In this document: one piece after another, positions 31,972 to 42,977 of the stretch
Numbering within the stretch: position 1 is the stretch's first letter
How the letters are laid out: each line of letters begins with the position of its first letter
Virus record (IMG/VR): IMGVR_UViG_3300003465_000003
Span: 35,794-99,793 of that record
DNA length: 64,000 bases
Reading direction: 5' to 3' (one strand)
Source of the DNA: a virus
Position numbers and translations under genes: made by a program
The notes under the pieces: generated by a model
The model's database searches: none
What the model was told of the DNA's origin: nothing
Seen by the model: the letters and a program-made list of their open reading frames with translations, nothing else

Positions 31972-32072
31972 ATTGGGCAGATTGCTTGACCCATCCGCAG
32001 TTCTGCGTCCCCAATACATAGTCAAGATTAGATAGGGGCTCTTAGCACACTGCTAGATTTTATCTGCCCAAT
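31972..32072 (-). ncRNA. Unassigned multi-stem RNA A
   Basis: 11-bp AUUGGGCAGAU/AUCUGCCCAAU closing stem, UAGCA/UGCUA, CUUGACU/GGUCAAG, CGCAG/CUGCG, possible CCCC/GGGG pseudoknot. Confidence 0.5.
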
Positions 32073-32157
32073 TGGTGGAGCGTACGGGACTCGAACCCGC
32101 GTCCTGCCATGTTATTCATTGCCGCGAATCTGCACTGCAATGTCAATGACACGCCCC
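32073..32157 (-). ncRNA. Miniature tmRNA-like RNA (tRNA-like domain only, Ala identity)
   Basis: 5' GGGGCGU and 3' GGACGCGGGUUCGAGUCCCGUACGCUCCACCA; G3.U70 pair; no D stem; 85 nt in total. Confidence 0.7.
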
Positions 32158-32167
32158 ATAAATGTGG

Positions 32168-32241
32168 GGCACGAGCAAGGTGTAGATCAGGGTGTTTGGT
32201 CATTGACTAAGAATGATAACCCTAACCAAGCGGCTCGTGCC
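32168..32241 (-). ncRNA. Short Y-RNA-like RNA 2 (Ro-binding module only)
   Basis: GGCACGAGC/GCUCGUGCC perfect terminal stem, CG, GGUUAUC, ACACCUUG. Confidence 0.75.
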
Positions 32242-32496
32242 GTTCTTGTTACCGATTCTGACTAGCTCTCTTGCGTGCTAAATCGTTATAGAACCAGACA
32301 TCGTGTAAGGAAACACCAGTAGGCGGTAAATCAGGGACAGACGCTGGATGCGAGGTGCAAAGAACACCAACGGCCGCATTACCATGAATACTTACTGGCA
32401 GTTCTGGATCGAACTTGCTTAATTCGTCCATCAACTTACCAACTGTCCATCGTTCCAACATTGCCATAAGTAAACTACCACCTTTTCCTTAATGTT

Positions 32497-32632
32497 GCGC
32501 AGAACAAGTTGTGACTAAGGTTACGTTTTGACGGTCGCTCTACCACTGAGCTACGTTGGGGAGATCCCCAACGGCGGGAATCGAACCCGCGACATACTGT
32601 GTATTGATAACCCTCAGTCTACGGCTCTACGC
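32497..32632 (-). ncRNA. yrlA: YrlA-type Y RNA with permuted tRNA-like domain
   Basis: GAGCCG...GGUUAUC, then T arm GCGGGUUCGAUUCCCGC, closed acceptor-like stem CGUUGGGGA/UCCCCAACG, D arm GCUCAGUGGUAGAGC, then ACAACUUGUUC; upstream of Ro60. Confidence 0.85.
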
Positions 32633-33031
32633 TTGTTTCACACGTGATCAATTTGGCGTAAATCTCTTTAGCTGCACGCTTATAAGCCTCGGACCATCCA
32701 CGCAATGACTGCGGACCTGTAGGGCTACTACATGTAACCAGTGCGGATCTTATAACTCGCAGTTCTGCAATAATCAGGCCAGTAATACTGTAAGATTCCA
32801 TTGTTTGTGTAACTCGTTCTACTTTAGCCATTGACTTTCTCCATGAACCAAATGGGGCTACGGACCCGCAACACTTTGGACCTTGGCCACATAACATTTC
32901 TTTGCTTACAAGACTCGTCATGGGGCTCCTTCATTGGAACCCTGGAGTCTCCACCGTTTCCAAAGACGTGTCTTTCGCAGGACGCGCAAACAAGTTCATG
33001 CTTAGGAAACCTGTTGGTCATAGGTTAAAAT

Positions 33032-33107
33032 TGGAGGGCGGAAGGGACTCGAACCCCTCATATCTATTGCGCATTCCGGCAAGGGAGACCATTCACCTGC
33101 ACGCCCC
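33032..33107 (-). tRNA. Degenerate tRNA-like RNA (76 nt, no clear anticodon)
   Basis: GGGCG/CGCCC acceptor, G18G19, T arm AGGGG-UUCGAGU-CCCUU, UCCA end; D and anticodon arms non-canonical. Confidence 0.55.
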
Positions 33108-33304
33108 GTATGTGTGTGCCCTCAATTGTTAACTTGGAGGATTAAGCTGTTGCAGCTTGATCTCTTTACCCTCTTTGTAAACTCTAAACAGACGGTCGTT
33201 GTGGAAGAAGTATTCAAGCCCCAACTTCAATGCTCGATTTGCAGTTCCCATTACGAATTCGGCTGGCCATGCCCGTAGCACTTGCAGAATTTCAGTATCC
33301 ATAG

Positions 33305-33865
33305 TTACTTAAGTTTCAACGGCTCCGCACGCTTCGTCTTGAAGTCTTCCTCAGTCCGCTCCGAAGTAACAATATCGTAAAGGGTCAGGTCAATATGCGG
33401 ATACCCACCGAACATATTGTAGAACCGTCCAGACGTGGTAGCCGTAAGGAACCGCTCGTATGCCTGTTTGATAGACACCAGTCGGGTCTGGTTCGCTTGG
33501 AACTCCAGGCGGAATGACTCAATATTCTGCTGGATCTTGATGAACGTACTCTGTTCCAATGCCGGGTTCTGCTCAGTAATGAACTGGAGCAGAGCCTGCG
33601 AGCCGTTAGCACCATAGCGACCCCGCATAGTGCCGTCATAGAGCTTCTGCAATGCCTCTGTTTGAAGCACTGGGACCTGAGCCAGTTCCTTGACTCGTTT
33701 CCACCCATTGTCGTATACGTTCTTGTTGTCCGTATACTTAGCCTTAATATCGGTCTCGAACCCGTTAGCCTCGTTGCTGAAGCCCACGTAGCCGAGAGCC
33801 AGAGTGATACCAATGAAAATAACCGAACCCGCTACTGCCAATCCAATTGCTGTAAGTTTGCTCAT
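33305..33865 (-). CDS. Membrane-anchored helical protein (LemA-like)
   Basis: One N-terminal TM segment followed by a long helical body; coupled to the adjacent membrane protein. Confidence 0.45.
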   Translation of the reverse strand: MSKLTAIGLAVAGSVIFIGITLALGYVGFSNEANGFETDIKAKYTDNKNVYDNGWKRVKELAQVPVLQTEALQKLYDGTMRGRYGANGSQALLQFITEQNPALEQSTFIKIQQNIESFRLEFQANQTRLVSIKQAYERFLTATTSGRFYNMFGGYPHIDLTLYDIVTSERTEEDFKTKRAEPLKLK

Positions 33866-33873
33866 ATTGTTCC

Positions 33874-35007
33874 TTATCTATAATACCTATTGTAGTAACT
33901 ATTGTAGGCTGTTCGTGACGGACTTTCCATCTCACAATCCCAATGGTTGTTCACACTCCAGAAAGCCAACCCAATACTTGCTAGAGACCCCAGGATGAAC
34001 AGGAAGATCATAGCTCCATTGGACGGTTGGAAGGACCGAACTAAATACTCGTAATCCTTCATGTGCATCCGCTGAAATTCGGTTAGTGTAAATCGCTTGA
34101 TGTTGTTAATTATTTCGTCCCGTCGGTCCAACCGACCATGAAACTGTATGGAGTCTCGCAGCTTTACTCTGTACAACTCATTTGGAGTCCACGAAACAAC
34201 ATCAGCAAAACTAATCTTCCTGCCATCTAGGGAGCCAATAACGACAACAACATCATTTTTCTTACCACCTACCCAGTGATCCTTAAGTGCCAGTGTGTAA
34301 GCCGGGTCGTCAGTTTTGACAAATAGCAATATAATGTTGACTTGTCTTACTGGCCCTAACTCGGCATTAACTTCTGACAGCAACCATTCCCATGAATACG
34401 GGTCTTCAACAGGGACCCCGCCCATGTTGATCACATGGTTGGCTTTGTAGTAATCATAAACCCTTGGGTAGCTCGGCAGTAGGTTCTTAAACCTCTCAAT
34501 ATCGCCCTTACCGCCGAGCAGAACTGAATCAGGGTTAGCCAAAATGTAATTGGTGTAACTATGTTCTGAACTGAACGGTTCCCCAACGTAGACTGCGGCC
34601 CATCGTGGCGGCATGGTCAAGCCTTGCCTGTCCACACGATTTATGGTCAGGTTCTGATTGCTGGTACTGTAAACGTACCAGCTTATATCATAGCTGTGTT
34701 CGTAACAGGTCTGGCAAATGGTTGTACAACTATTGTGTTTACCGCCTGTACAAGTTGTTACACAATTGCATTGATACGAGTGCTCACAACTAACCTTCTT
34801 ACCCTCTTTACTGAGCACCTTCCCGTTCCAAATCTCTGTGTCAGTAGCGCGCTGCCAATAGGAAATACACAATCCAAGTGCTAGTAGCACTGCAGGCACG
34901 GCAAGCTGTATTGCAAGCTCGCCCAGCGTCACCCGTTTGCGGAAGAAGAATATGACCCCAAATGCAATAAGCATCGGCACGGTCATAAGGAGCAGGAAGT
35001 TAATCAT
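33874..35007 (-). CDS. Membrane protein with a Cys-rich segment and a TPM-like alpha/beta domain
   Basis: Two N-terminal TMs, SCEHSYQCNC...CQTCYEH, WVGGKKNDVVVVIG, C-terminal TM. Confidence 0.5.
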   Translation of the reverse strand: MINFLLLMTVPMLIAFGVIFFFRKRVTLGELAIQLAVPAVLLALGLCISYWQRATDTEIWNGKVLSKEGKKVSCEHSYQCNCVTTCTGGKHNSCTTICQTCYEHSYDISWYVYSTSNQNLTINRVDRQGLTMPPRWAAVYVGEPFSSEHSYTNYILANPDSVLLGGKGDIERFKNLLPSYPRVYDYYKANHVINMGGVPVEDPYSWEWLLSEVNAELGPVRQVNIILLFVKTDDPAYTLALKDHWVGGKKNDVVVVIGSLDGRKISFADVVSWTPNELYRVKLRDSIQFHGRLDRRDEIINNIKRFTLTEFQRMHMKDYEYLVRSFQPSNGAMIFLFILGSLASIGLAFWSVNNHWDCEMESPSRTAYNSYYNRYYR

Positions 35008-38000
35008 GTTTGCTCTGATAGATATGGAGCACAGACAAGTCGGTTGACCAGCATTTTTATCGCCAAAGATAACGCTGATCGTTCGGTCCGTGCGCCAAGT
35101 TTTATTTCTGTTGTGGCGGTGTCCAGATATCTACGGTATAACTGTGTAAACCCACTGGAGCAGTCCAAATATAAAGCGTGTGCTCACCGGGCCTTGGATA
35201 TCTGCAGTTACTAAGCTCTCTTGGGACTCCCTTGAATGTAAGTAGGCTACTATCCCGCTCCATCGTTCCATCAAACGTGAAATCGATCACATGCCCATCA
35301 TCTCTTCGTAGTCTAGCCCATTTTCGCATGAGTTACTCCATTAAGAGACCAGTGATGGCGAACAGGAGAAACACAACGAGGAAAAACAATGTAGTTCCCC
35401 ACAGTCCGAATCCACCAGCAAGTAGCGTCAACAAGAACGTTACACTACTAATTGTCCTGACAATATCCCCGTCAGTCATTGAGAAACTCCGTATAGTGCC
35501 GCACAATTTTCACAATGACGTAACTGGCTGCGGCTATATCCAGGAAGAAGCTACTGTGACCCCATGGGTATGTTCCGAACCAAAGATGGGTGCCAACTGC
35601 CCCAATTAGCCAACCAACGCAGAATGCTGTTAAAGACATTATAGTCCTCTACCACCCCAAGGCCACTTGCGCCAATAGTCATCACACCGCTTAGTATGCG
35701 CTTCACGCTCAGCACGTGTTGGCCATAACCACCAGCCGTATTTGTGTGGCTGAAACATTGTGAATGTGCAGATCAACGCGGCAGGCGGAATTAGTAGACC
35801 CACAAAGGCTGTGAACAATGCGTCAACCACATCCTCGCTTGTAGTATCCAGCATGGGATAACCATTCCTAGCCCATGCGTAAGTAGCCCCAAACTGGTAA
35901 ATGGCAACGAGGATAGCGAAAATAATGTAAGCAAGTAGCAACATTTGTTTTACTCTTTATGCTCCCCGCCTTTATGCAGAGTCTCACGCCACTGGCTCTT
36001 GTTACCGCTACTAGGCTTCATCTTGATGATAGGGCCATGCGGTTCAGCGGGTATTGCTCCGCAATGTTCACAGCTTGGGATCGCTGGTATAACGGACATC
36101 CATATTCTAGGGATGGTAACTCGACCGCCACACTCAGAGCAGGTTCCTATTGTTATGCTCATACGTCATTCTCCTTTGTGCCAGTCTGTGCTGCGGAGGA
36201 ATGGAAAGCCATGCCTGATTGTATAGCCAAAGATCACCCACAGGATTAGAGCGCCATAAGTATTGGCGCTAGAGGGCTCCAACAGGGCAATGGCGGTCCC
36301 TGATACTGCCAACGGCAGGCTAACACTGTTGAAGAATAGGTGCGATTTGCGCATATGGCAGCTCCTAACACACGATGCCGGACAGATAAATGAGGACAGG
36401 CAAACATACGAACCAAGCCGCTGGCACCAGTATCGTCAGAACCAAGGCACCAAACACAACGGCTATCGGGTCTACCATCTTTCCAACTCTCCAGATCCCG
36501 AACAACCATAGCGTCACGAATGCCAGAGTGTAGATCACGGCTATCAATGACCACGACCCGATCATAATGTCCTGCATTAGAACCTTCCTAACTTTGCAAC
36601 CTGCTTTCTACGCAGAGACTCGAAATGTTCGCGCTTTGCAGGGTTGGTCGTTACGGGTGAACCGCAGTACGTGCAGCGCGGCGGCGCATCCTTCTTGCCC
36701 GATTCATTGTGCAGTGTATTCTGCCCACAGCTACTGCAAAACTTCTTGTGTGCCATGTTAGTTAACCCTCCACTCGGACTTCTGCGGGTTCATTCGGGTC
36801 TTCAAACGCCAGTCTAATGACCCTGAAATGCTCTTCATGGTCCCCCACGAAATCCATGTAATCAATCCTGTCGGTGTCCTTAACACCAGCTTTCCGCAAG
36901 GCGGCAATGAATTCAGCAATGGTCATGGTTAATCCCTGTCTGAAAGGTAGAGGAACAGCAACCAGGCGAGGCCGAGAACCAACCATGCAAGGCCGCCCGC
37001 ATGTTTATCTACGAACTCAATGAGGGTCATTGCGTAAAACATTTACGGCTCTCTCCTTGAAAAGTAGGGGAATAACACGTTCCCAATCCCGGCGACGAAG
37101 TTCAGCCACATTGCCACGCTGACGTAATCGCCCATCCCAATGTGAATGCCAGCGGTGAACAAATTGCACATGCCGAGAACGAGCTGAAGATCCTTCATTG
37201 CACCTGCTCCTTGACTATCTCTCCGTCAAAATCAATCTCGTAACGCAATCCGCAAGTCCCACAGGTGAGTCCAATAGGCTCCTTACTTAGCCTTTCGTAA
37301 TAGGGCTTTTCCTCTTCCTGCACGAAACGGATTGTTACCTCGTAACGCGGGATGAACGTAATTCCGCTGCAACGCTCGCATGTCAGCACGGAGCAACTCC
37401 TTCGCTTCTTCGTCGTTGTTAAGTGCCCATCGGCGCAACCATGCTGGCAATTCATGATGTTTTATTACCCAGTTTATTAGCCGCTGTTTCATTGTTACGT
37501 CTCTGTGATGGGATCTTGCACGAATAGCGGCATGTGTCACAACTACGCCTGCCATTCGCTGGATGCATATAACCGTGCCTGCACATGCGGCACTTAACTC
37601 TCGGCTGGACCATCTTCAGTCACTGGCTCCTCAGGCTGTTGGGCAGGCGGTTGTACCTTCCCGCACCACTTACCACCGATCACCAGATAACGGAGTTCTA
37701 CGTAGTTGGGATCGCCAAACTGCCCTTGCTCCTTCATACCGTCGAAGTGTTCACGGACGGCTGCGACCTGGGAACCGAAGTGTTCCACTAACTCTTGCTT
37801 TGTTTCTGCCTCAATCTTGACTGTGATGGTTAACACCATTAGCCTACCTTGTTAGAGGTTTCCTTGCACTTTTTGCATAAGCACCGCTTGTGCCAGTGAT
37901 GGCCGGCATGACAGGGGGCCTCCCACTTCCACCAACCGCATGGGGAGCACAACAAACCTAGTTTGCAGAACAACACGTCCAACCAGAAACTGGTGTCTAG

Positions 38001-39188
38001 TGGATGCCACATATTAGTGCCACACTCGGTGGTCCTCATCAGTAATCCGATTGAGCAGCCGCATCCGGTTAAGCCGTGCCTCCTCATGGATCGCTTCGTG
38101 TTCGGCCTTAGCTCTATGGCTCTTGACTAAGCCGTAGATGGTCAGCAAGCCGACAGGAACGAGAAGTAGGTAGTACATGGGACTCCTAGATAGTATTAGG
38201 ATTAAGCTCCACGAATCGCTTGAGCAGTGGTGCAGCGGCGGCAATGTCCCGTTCTGTGCGCTTGTTCTTCTTACGCTGATCAAGCCACGAAAGCACATTG
38301 TCGACGGCAACGGCAGCCAGCTTGACGCGCAGCGGGTCTGCCAAGGGTTCCTGGAACCTACTACCACGGATCTCTACTACAGGCTTCTGCTGCGGCACGG
38401 TCCCTGCGCACTTATAGCACAGCCGTGCCTCAGCAATGATCTCTGTCCCTACACTACGCACTTCCTGCTTGTAGGGCACATCGTTTTCATCCACACGGCG
38501 AACGATGTTGAGGTAATCCACGTTGCGGACCCCAGTAGGAACCAGCACAGGACTCACCTTAGGGCCGATGGTTTCATGGCATGCAGTGCAATTGAACACG
38601 TTAGTTCTCCTTCATGTACCAGTGCAAGAACAGAAGTAGTGCGATCCATCCTTGCTGCTTCGATAACGCAATGAGGAACGCGAGTAGCAATAGCATTAGT
38701 AGCCGAATGCCCGCAGAATCGTTCCTATAATTGCAAAAGCTATGGCTAATTTACTCCAGAATCCGAACATGTATGGCCTCCACGTATAAAGGATCGCTCA
38801 TTACGGCTTCAACGCTATGGCCAGGAGTCTCCTGATTTCCAATATGCAGTAGGAGTTTGTCACACCATTCTGGAGATCGCGGAGAACAAAGTCGGCATCT
38901 CTTGGGCATAGTTTAATGACCACCTCCTTAATAGGGGGAGGCGCAGGTTCCGCACGAACCACGTCAACCTTGATCATGTTATATCGCTCTCCTTTACCAC
39001 TATTTGTAGGGATTACGACGTTTAGGCTTCTTACTAAGCCAGTCCTTTATTTCACGGTCCTTGAGTGCTTGCTGGGTTCTGGTTGGGCGCTCGTCATGAC
39101 TGAATTCGTCTGGAGCGTCCTTGGCCCATTCCTTGAGGGCATGGTCCTCCATGATCTGTTGCTCATCATCAGAGCTTGCCATCCCCGT

Positions 39189-39629
39189 TTATTGTAACTC
39201 CTCTACAACCATAAATGCGTCTTCAACTAGACGGACAACACGAGGATTCTTACTCACCCTGTTGCCAGCCACGTTCCAGACCTCATAAGTGCATGCTAGT
39301 TCCTTCAAAGTCTGCGCATCAGGGTTAACGTGAAACGGTTTGCCCCAACTCTTAGCAGCAGTCTGGGTACACCAATAACCTGGAGATCCCACATTGCCGA
39401 ACCACAGTGTAACTTCCGCATCACGCACATTATCCCTCGTGCGTGGTGCGTAGTCGTAAAAACGGGATTGAACCAATCCGTAATCCCTCAGACTGGCATC
39501 TACACCAGCCTCAGTGCGGTACATCTTAGGGGCTGTGCCGCCTGTTTCTAACCCCAGACGTCTGGCGCAAATAAGAGCAGTCTTGTCTGCGCCTGTTTGA
39601 CCCCCACTAATGACTTTACGTAGTTTCAT
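39189..39629 (-). CDS. SLOG-superfamily protein (putative molybdenum carrier/YpsA-like)
   Basis: KVISGGQTGAD..AL, GGTAP, RT..NV.DA..TL, NVAGNR.S. Confidence 0.8.
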   Translation of the reverse strand: MKLRKVISGGQTGADKTALICARRLGLETGGTAPKMYRTEAGVDASLRDYGLVQSRFYDYAPRTRDNVRDAEVTLWFGNVGSPGYWCTQTAAKSWGKPFHVNPDAQTLKELACTYEVWNVAGNRVSKNPRVVRLVEDAFMVVEELQ

Positions 39630-40495
39630 TTCTAAAGCCCCGGACTCGGCGCAATGCGCTTAACGCCCAACTGACATGGTCTCGGAAGTGGTAGCCGGGA
39701 ACGTTGTCAGAAGCATCCGGCCGCAAGTGCTTTGGGCTTACATAAATTGCTCCGGCGGGGTGAATCGGTCCGCCGGCGCGCCAATGACAAGTGCCAGCAT
39801 AGACACGCGGGAACACTACGGCTCGTATTGGAGCGGTGACTGCAAATTTGACGGTAGCGCATGAGTCATCCACGTCTGGGCCACGCAAAGCCGTAAGGAT
39901 GTTCCACAGATCTGCAGCCTCTTGGTCCCTTTGTAGAAGAACTTCCTCAATTATGTTGAGCACTTCTGTTGCGGTTCTTTTCATGTTACGGCTCCAAAAT
40001 GATAAGGGACCCAACTGCAGCCAAGATACCACCAAAGATGGCCCACAACATGTAGAATCCGTTGTAGGGGTAGATGCTGATCCCTTGAGGAAGTGTAACA
40101 CTGGTTCCCTCGCCAGTGTTGTCCAGTAAGGTTTCGCGCAGCTTCATGAGGACATTGGTACGCTCTAGTTGAGTGGTATAGGGCTGAACGGTTTCCAGTT
40201 CGCCATAGGCTGCCTTGAGATTCTTATACCAGAATTCAAGGTCCTCGTCAGGTGTGTGATACACAATGGATGTGTAGCCACTGGTAAGCTGTCGCTGCTC
40301 AAAGTAAGCGATGGCCTTACCCAATTCTTCCTTGGCAAGTTCCACAGTGTTGGCATCAGCGGCCCGCTTCAGATTGCCGCCGCCGTTCTGATCGAACTGT
40401 ACAGAGTTGATGAACCTTCCGCAGCCCCAAGTTATAATAGGGATAAACAACAGAATTGACAGTAGGACTCTACTCATTGCGCTTACTCCTTAAAA

Positions 40496-40572
40496 TGGTG
40501 GGCCGTGCTGGACTTGAACCAGCAACCTACCGATTATGAGCCGGTTGCTCTAACCGTTTGAGCTAACGGCCC
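40496..40572 (-). tRNA. tRNA(CAT), probably Ile2 (lysidine-modified)
   Basis: Canonical cloverleaf, CTCATAA loop, body resembles bacterial ileX, encoded CCA. Confidence 0.9.
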
Positions 40573-42977
40573 CTAAAGCTTCCTATAAGGGACAAGGACA
40601 GTGAACCCGTCTGCATCTACCTCGATCTTCCAATGGAAATCGTGCCCCAATAGGAAACCACGATCCTTGAATTCGCCAGAGACCCTACGGCAGATGACCG
40701 TAACAAGTCTCTTACCGTCAACTGTGGTGTCTGCTGTTACTTCCGCCGTCCCGCCAGATGACATTATCCTCACTGGGTCCCCAATGAAGGCGTCAGGAAA
40801 CTGTGCAATCAACAGCTTTTTGATGCTGGGGTTATCCGTTGCCATCTTTCGCAATTGCTCATCTGTGATTGTGTAAGTCTTCATGCCCGCTCCTTACGTG
40901 ATGAAACGAAAACCTTCAGCGTCCTACCCTTGTCCTGGACGCTAATCGCAACTTTGGCTGGGCGTCTACCGTAGACTCTGCCATTTTCGTCAATGACTTC
41001 TACGCGAGTGACGCTTGGCAACTCGTCATGGATATCGCCAGATGGCCAGAGCAAGATTATAATGAAGAGTATGGATAGCAACCCCAATATCACGAAAGCA
41101 GTCATCGTTTGAGCCCTCCAGGGCTAACTGGCTTAGGCCGTATCACTAGTTGGACTTCTTCGTCCCGCCTATAGAAGTCCCTCAACACATCAGCAGGAGT
41201 ACTTTCTGGCGGCGTATGGATCTGCAGTGCCTCGCCAATGGTGAAATAACCGTCGTCCCTTTCATGCTCCGCGCCAGTGACCTTACCAGTCACAAGGATG
41301 TGGGTTTGGGTATCAGGTTGTTGCGGGAATGCCCACGATACAAGTGTTGCAATGAACTGGCGTCGCAGCATGTTACCTGCCCCCTACCATACAGCTATTA
41401 AGCCGTAGACGAGCATCCCTAGTAGGATCAAACCGGTTGCAATTACGGCTAGCGCGCCTACAAAAACGGCAACGCCTGCCATTGCACTGTCCGCGTCCCG
41501 TGTGAATGTAATGGCCCCAATCCAATCACCCACACGGTAACAGCCAGTAACACTGGGGTCCATGGTTATAATCACGCCCTGCGGCGCGAACGCCTCTGGG
41601 AACAGTGTTTCTAGCACTTTGCGTGCGTCCGGACACTTTGCTGCGGCGTCCAGAACACGTTCTCTATCCACGGTCAGAGACTTGTCTTCCATCTACTTCT
41701 CTCCCCGTAATCCAGCTTTAACAAGATCGCCAATATCCGTTAGTATCTTGGCGAACACCAGTTCGCCTGGCGTTCTTGGACCTAAACCTAATAGATATTT
41801 CTTAGCCTGGGTGCCCCATCGGTCCCACAAGTCCTTGGCCTCTTGTGCGGTGAGTTCTACCCGTACAACGTCAACTTCGACCGTGACAGGCTTCTTCTGT
41901 AATGAGACTTGCAAAGTAGTCCTCCCGCTCGTTGTCCATGCCGCAACCGTTAGTAAGCACCAATGTCCAACCAAGGACACAGGCGCTTATCCAACGCCAG
42001 TTGAGGTTCTTAATCGCTCTCCACCAATTCAGCCACAGCTTTTCGGATGTCCGATGCTCGGCGGCGTTTCTCTCGCTTCTTCCAGTATTTCTTGAGTCCC
42101 GCTTTAGCCTTAGCATGGCCTCTATGCCCGTTGGTAAAGTCGTTGCCGATAAACGTGCGGTCTGACCCGGCTTTTCCCGCCATACAGTCAAAGCGAGAAC
42201 GAGTGTCTACGAACCTACGCTGATGGTTGGTCTTCATCCTTACGTAAGGACCGTAAGGTAGATCGGCTCCACCGATCCGAAGCGGATACGCTGCTTGGTC
42301 CCTGTGGCGATTGCGCGCTTCTCTGATGCGATGATCCCGGCGATGAATTCCGGCTCAGTAACCGGCTTATGGCCACGGTACACCCTTGTACTTTCGTCGT
42401 TCTCACCTTTGTGCAAGGTGCAAAGCCACCCGTGCTGACCCGAGGTATTGGCTTGCATTCCGCACGCCGGGTGCTTGGGTGGATAAGCGAACTCCTTGCT
42501 AAAGGGAAGTTCGAAGTGGGCGCAGGGATTGCGGTGAATCTTGGGCATTGCCTATCTCTCCTATTTTGGGTTTAGTGCGCCACGTTTGGCTGCGCAAGTT
42601 CTACAGACTGGATCTGCGTGGTGATTATTGCTCCAGGCCACTGCGATCCGGGAATGGTGAACTCCAGATGCATTCCCTTGCCGATGAATCCCATCTTGAG
42701 CATGGAACCACCCCAAGTGGAGCCATTGATTCTGGCTACAACAGGCTTGGGACAGTAGTAGGCATGCCCCTGAATAGTCAGGTTGCCAGTGGCTACCTTG
42801 CGAATGGTGTAAAGGGTATTGCGCGTCTGGACCCTCACCTCGTCGCCAGGGAACAGATCAGTGAGATAGATCCCACCGTCCTTCTCTGATTTCTCGATCA
42901 GAGCACAGATGCGTGGATCAAGGTTTGGGTGGTCCACAGCTAAAGTCCTTTTTCTACGTAATTGAATGCTGCACAGG

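Noticed and set aside
31972-32072. Theta/HDV-like ribozyme after a tRNA-like 3' end
   Set aside because: No P3/L3, P1.1 GG or J4/2 arrangement could be built around the closing stem
31569-32632. CRISPR array
   Set aside because: The repeats are structured, divergent, irregularly spaced and separated by ORFs; there is no cas operon, and the Cas4-like nuclease sits in a recombination module
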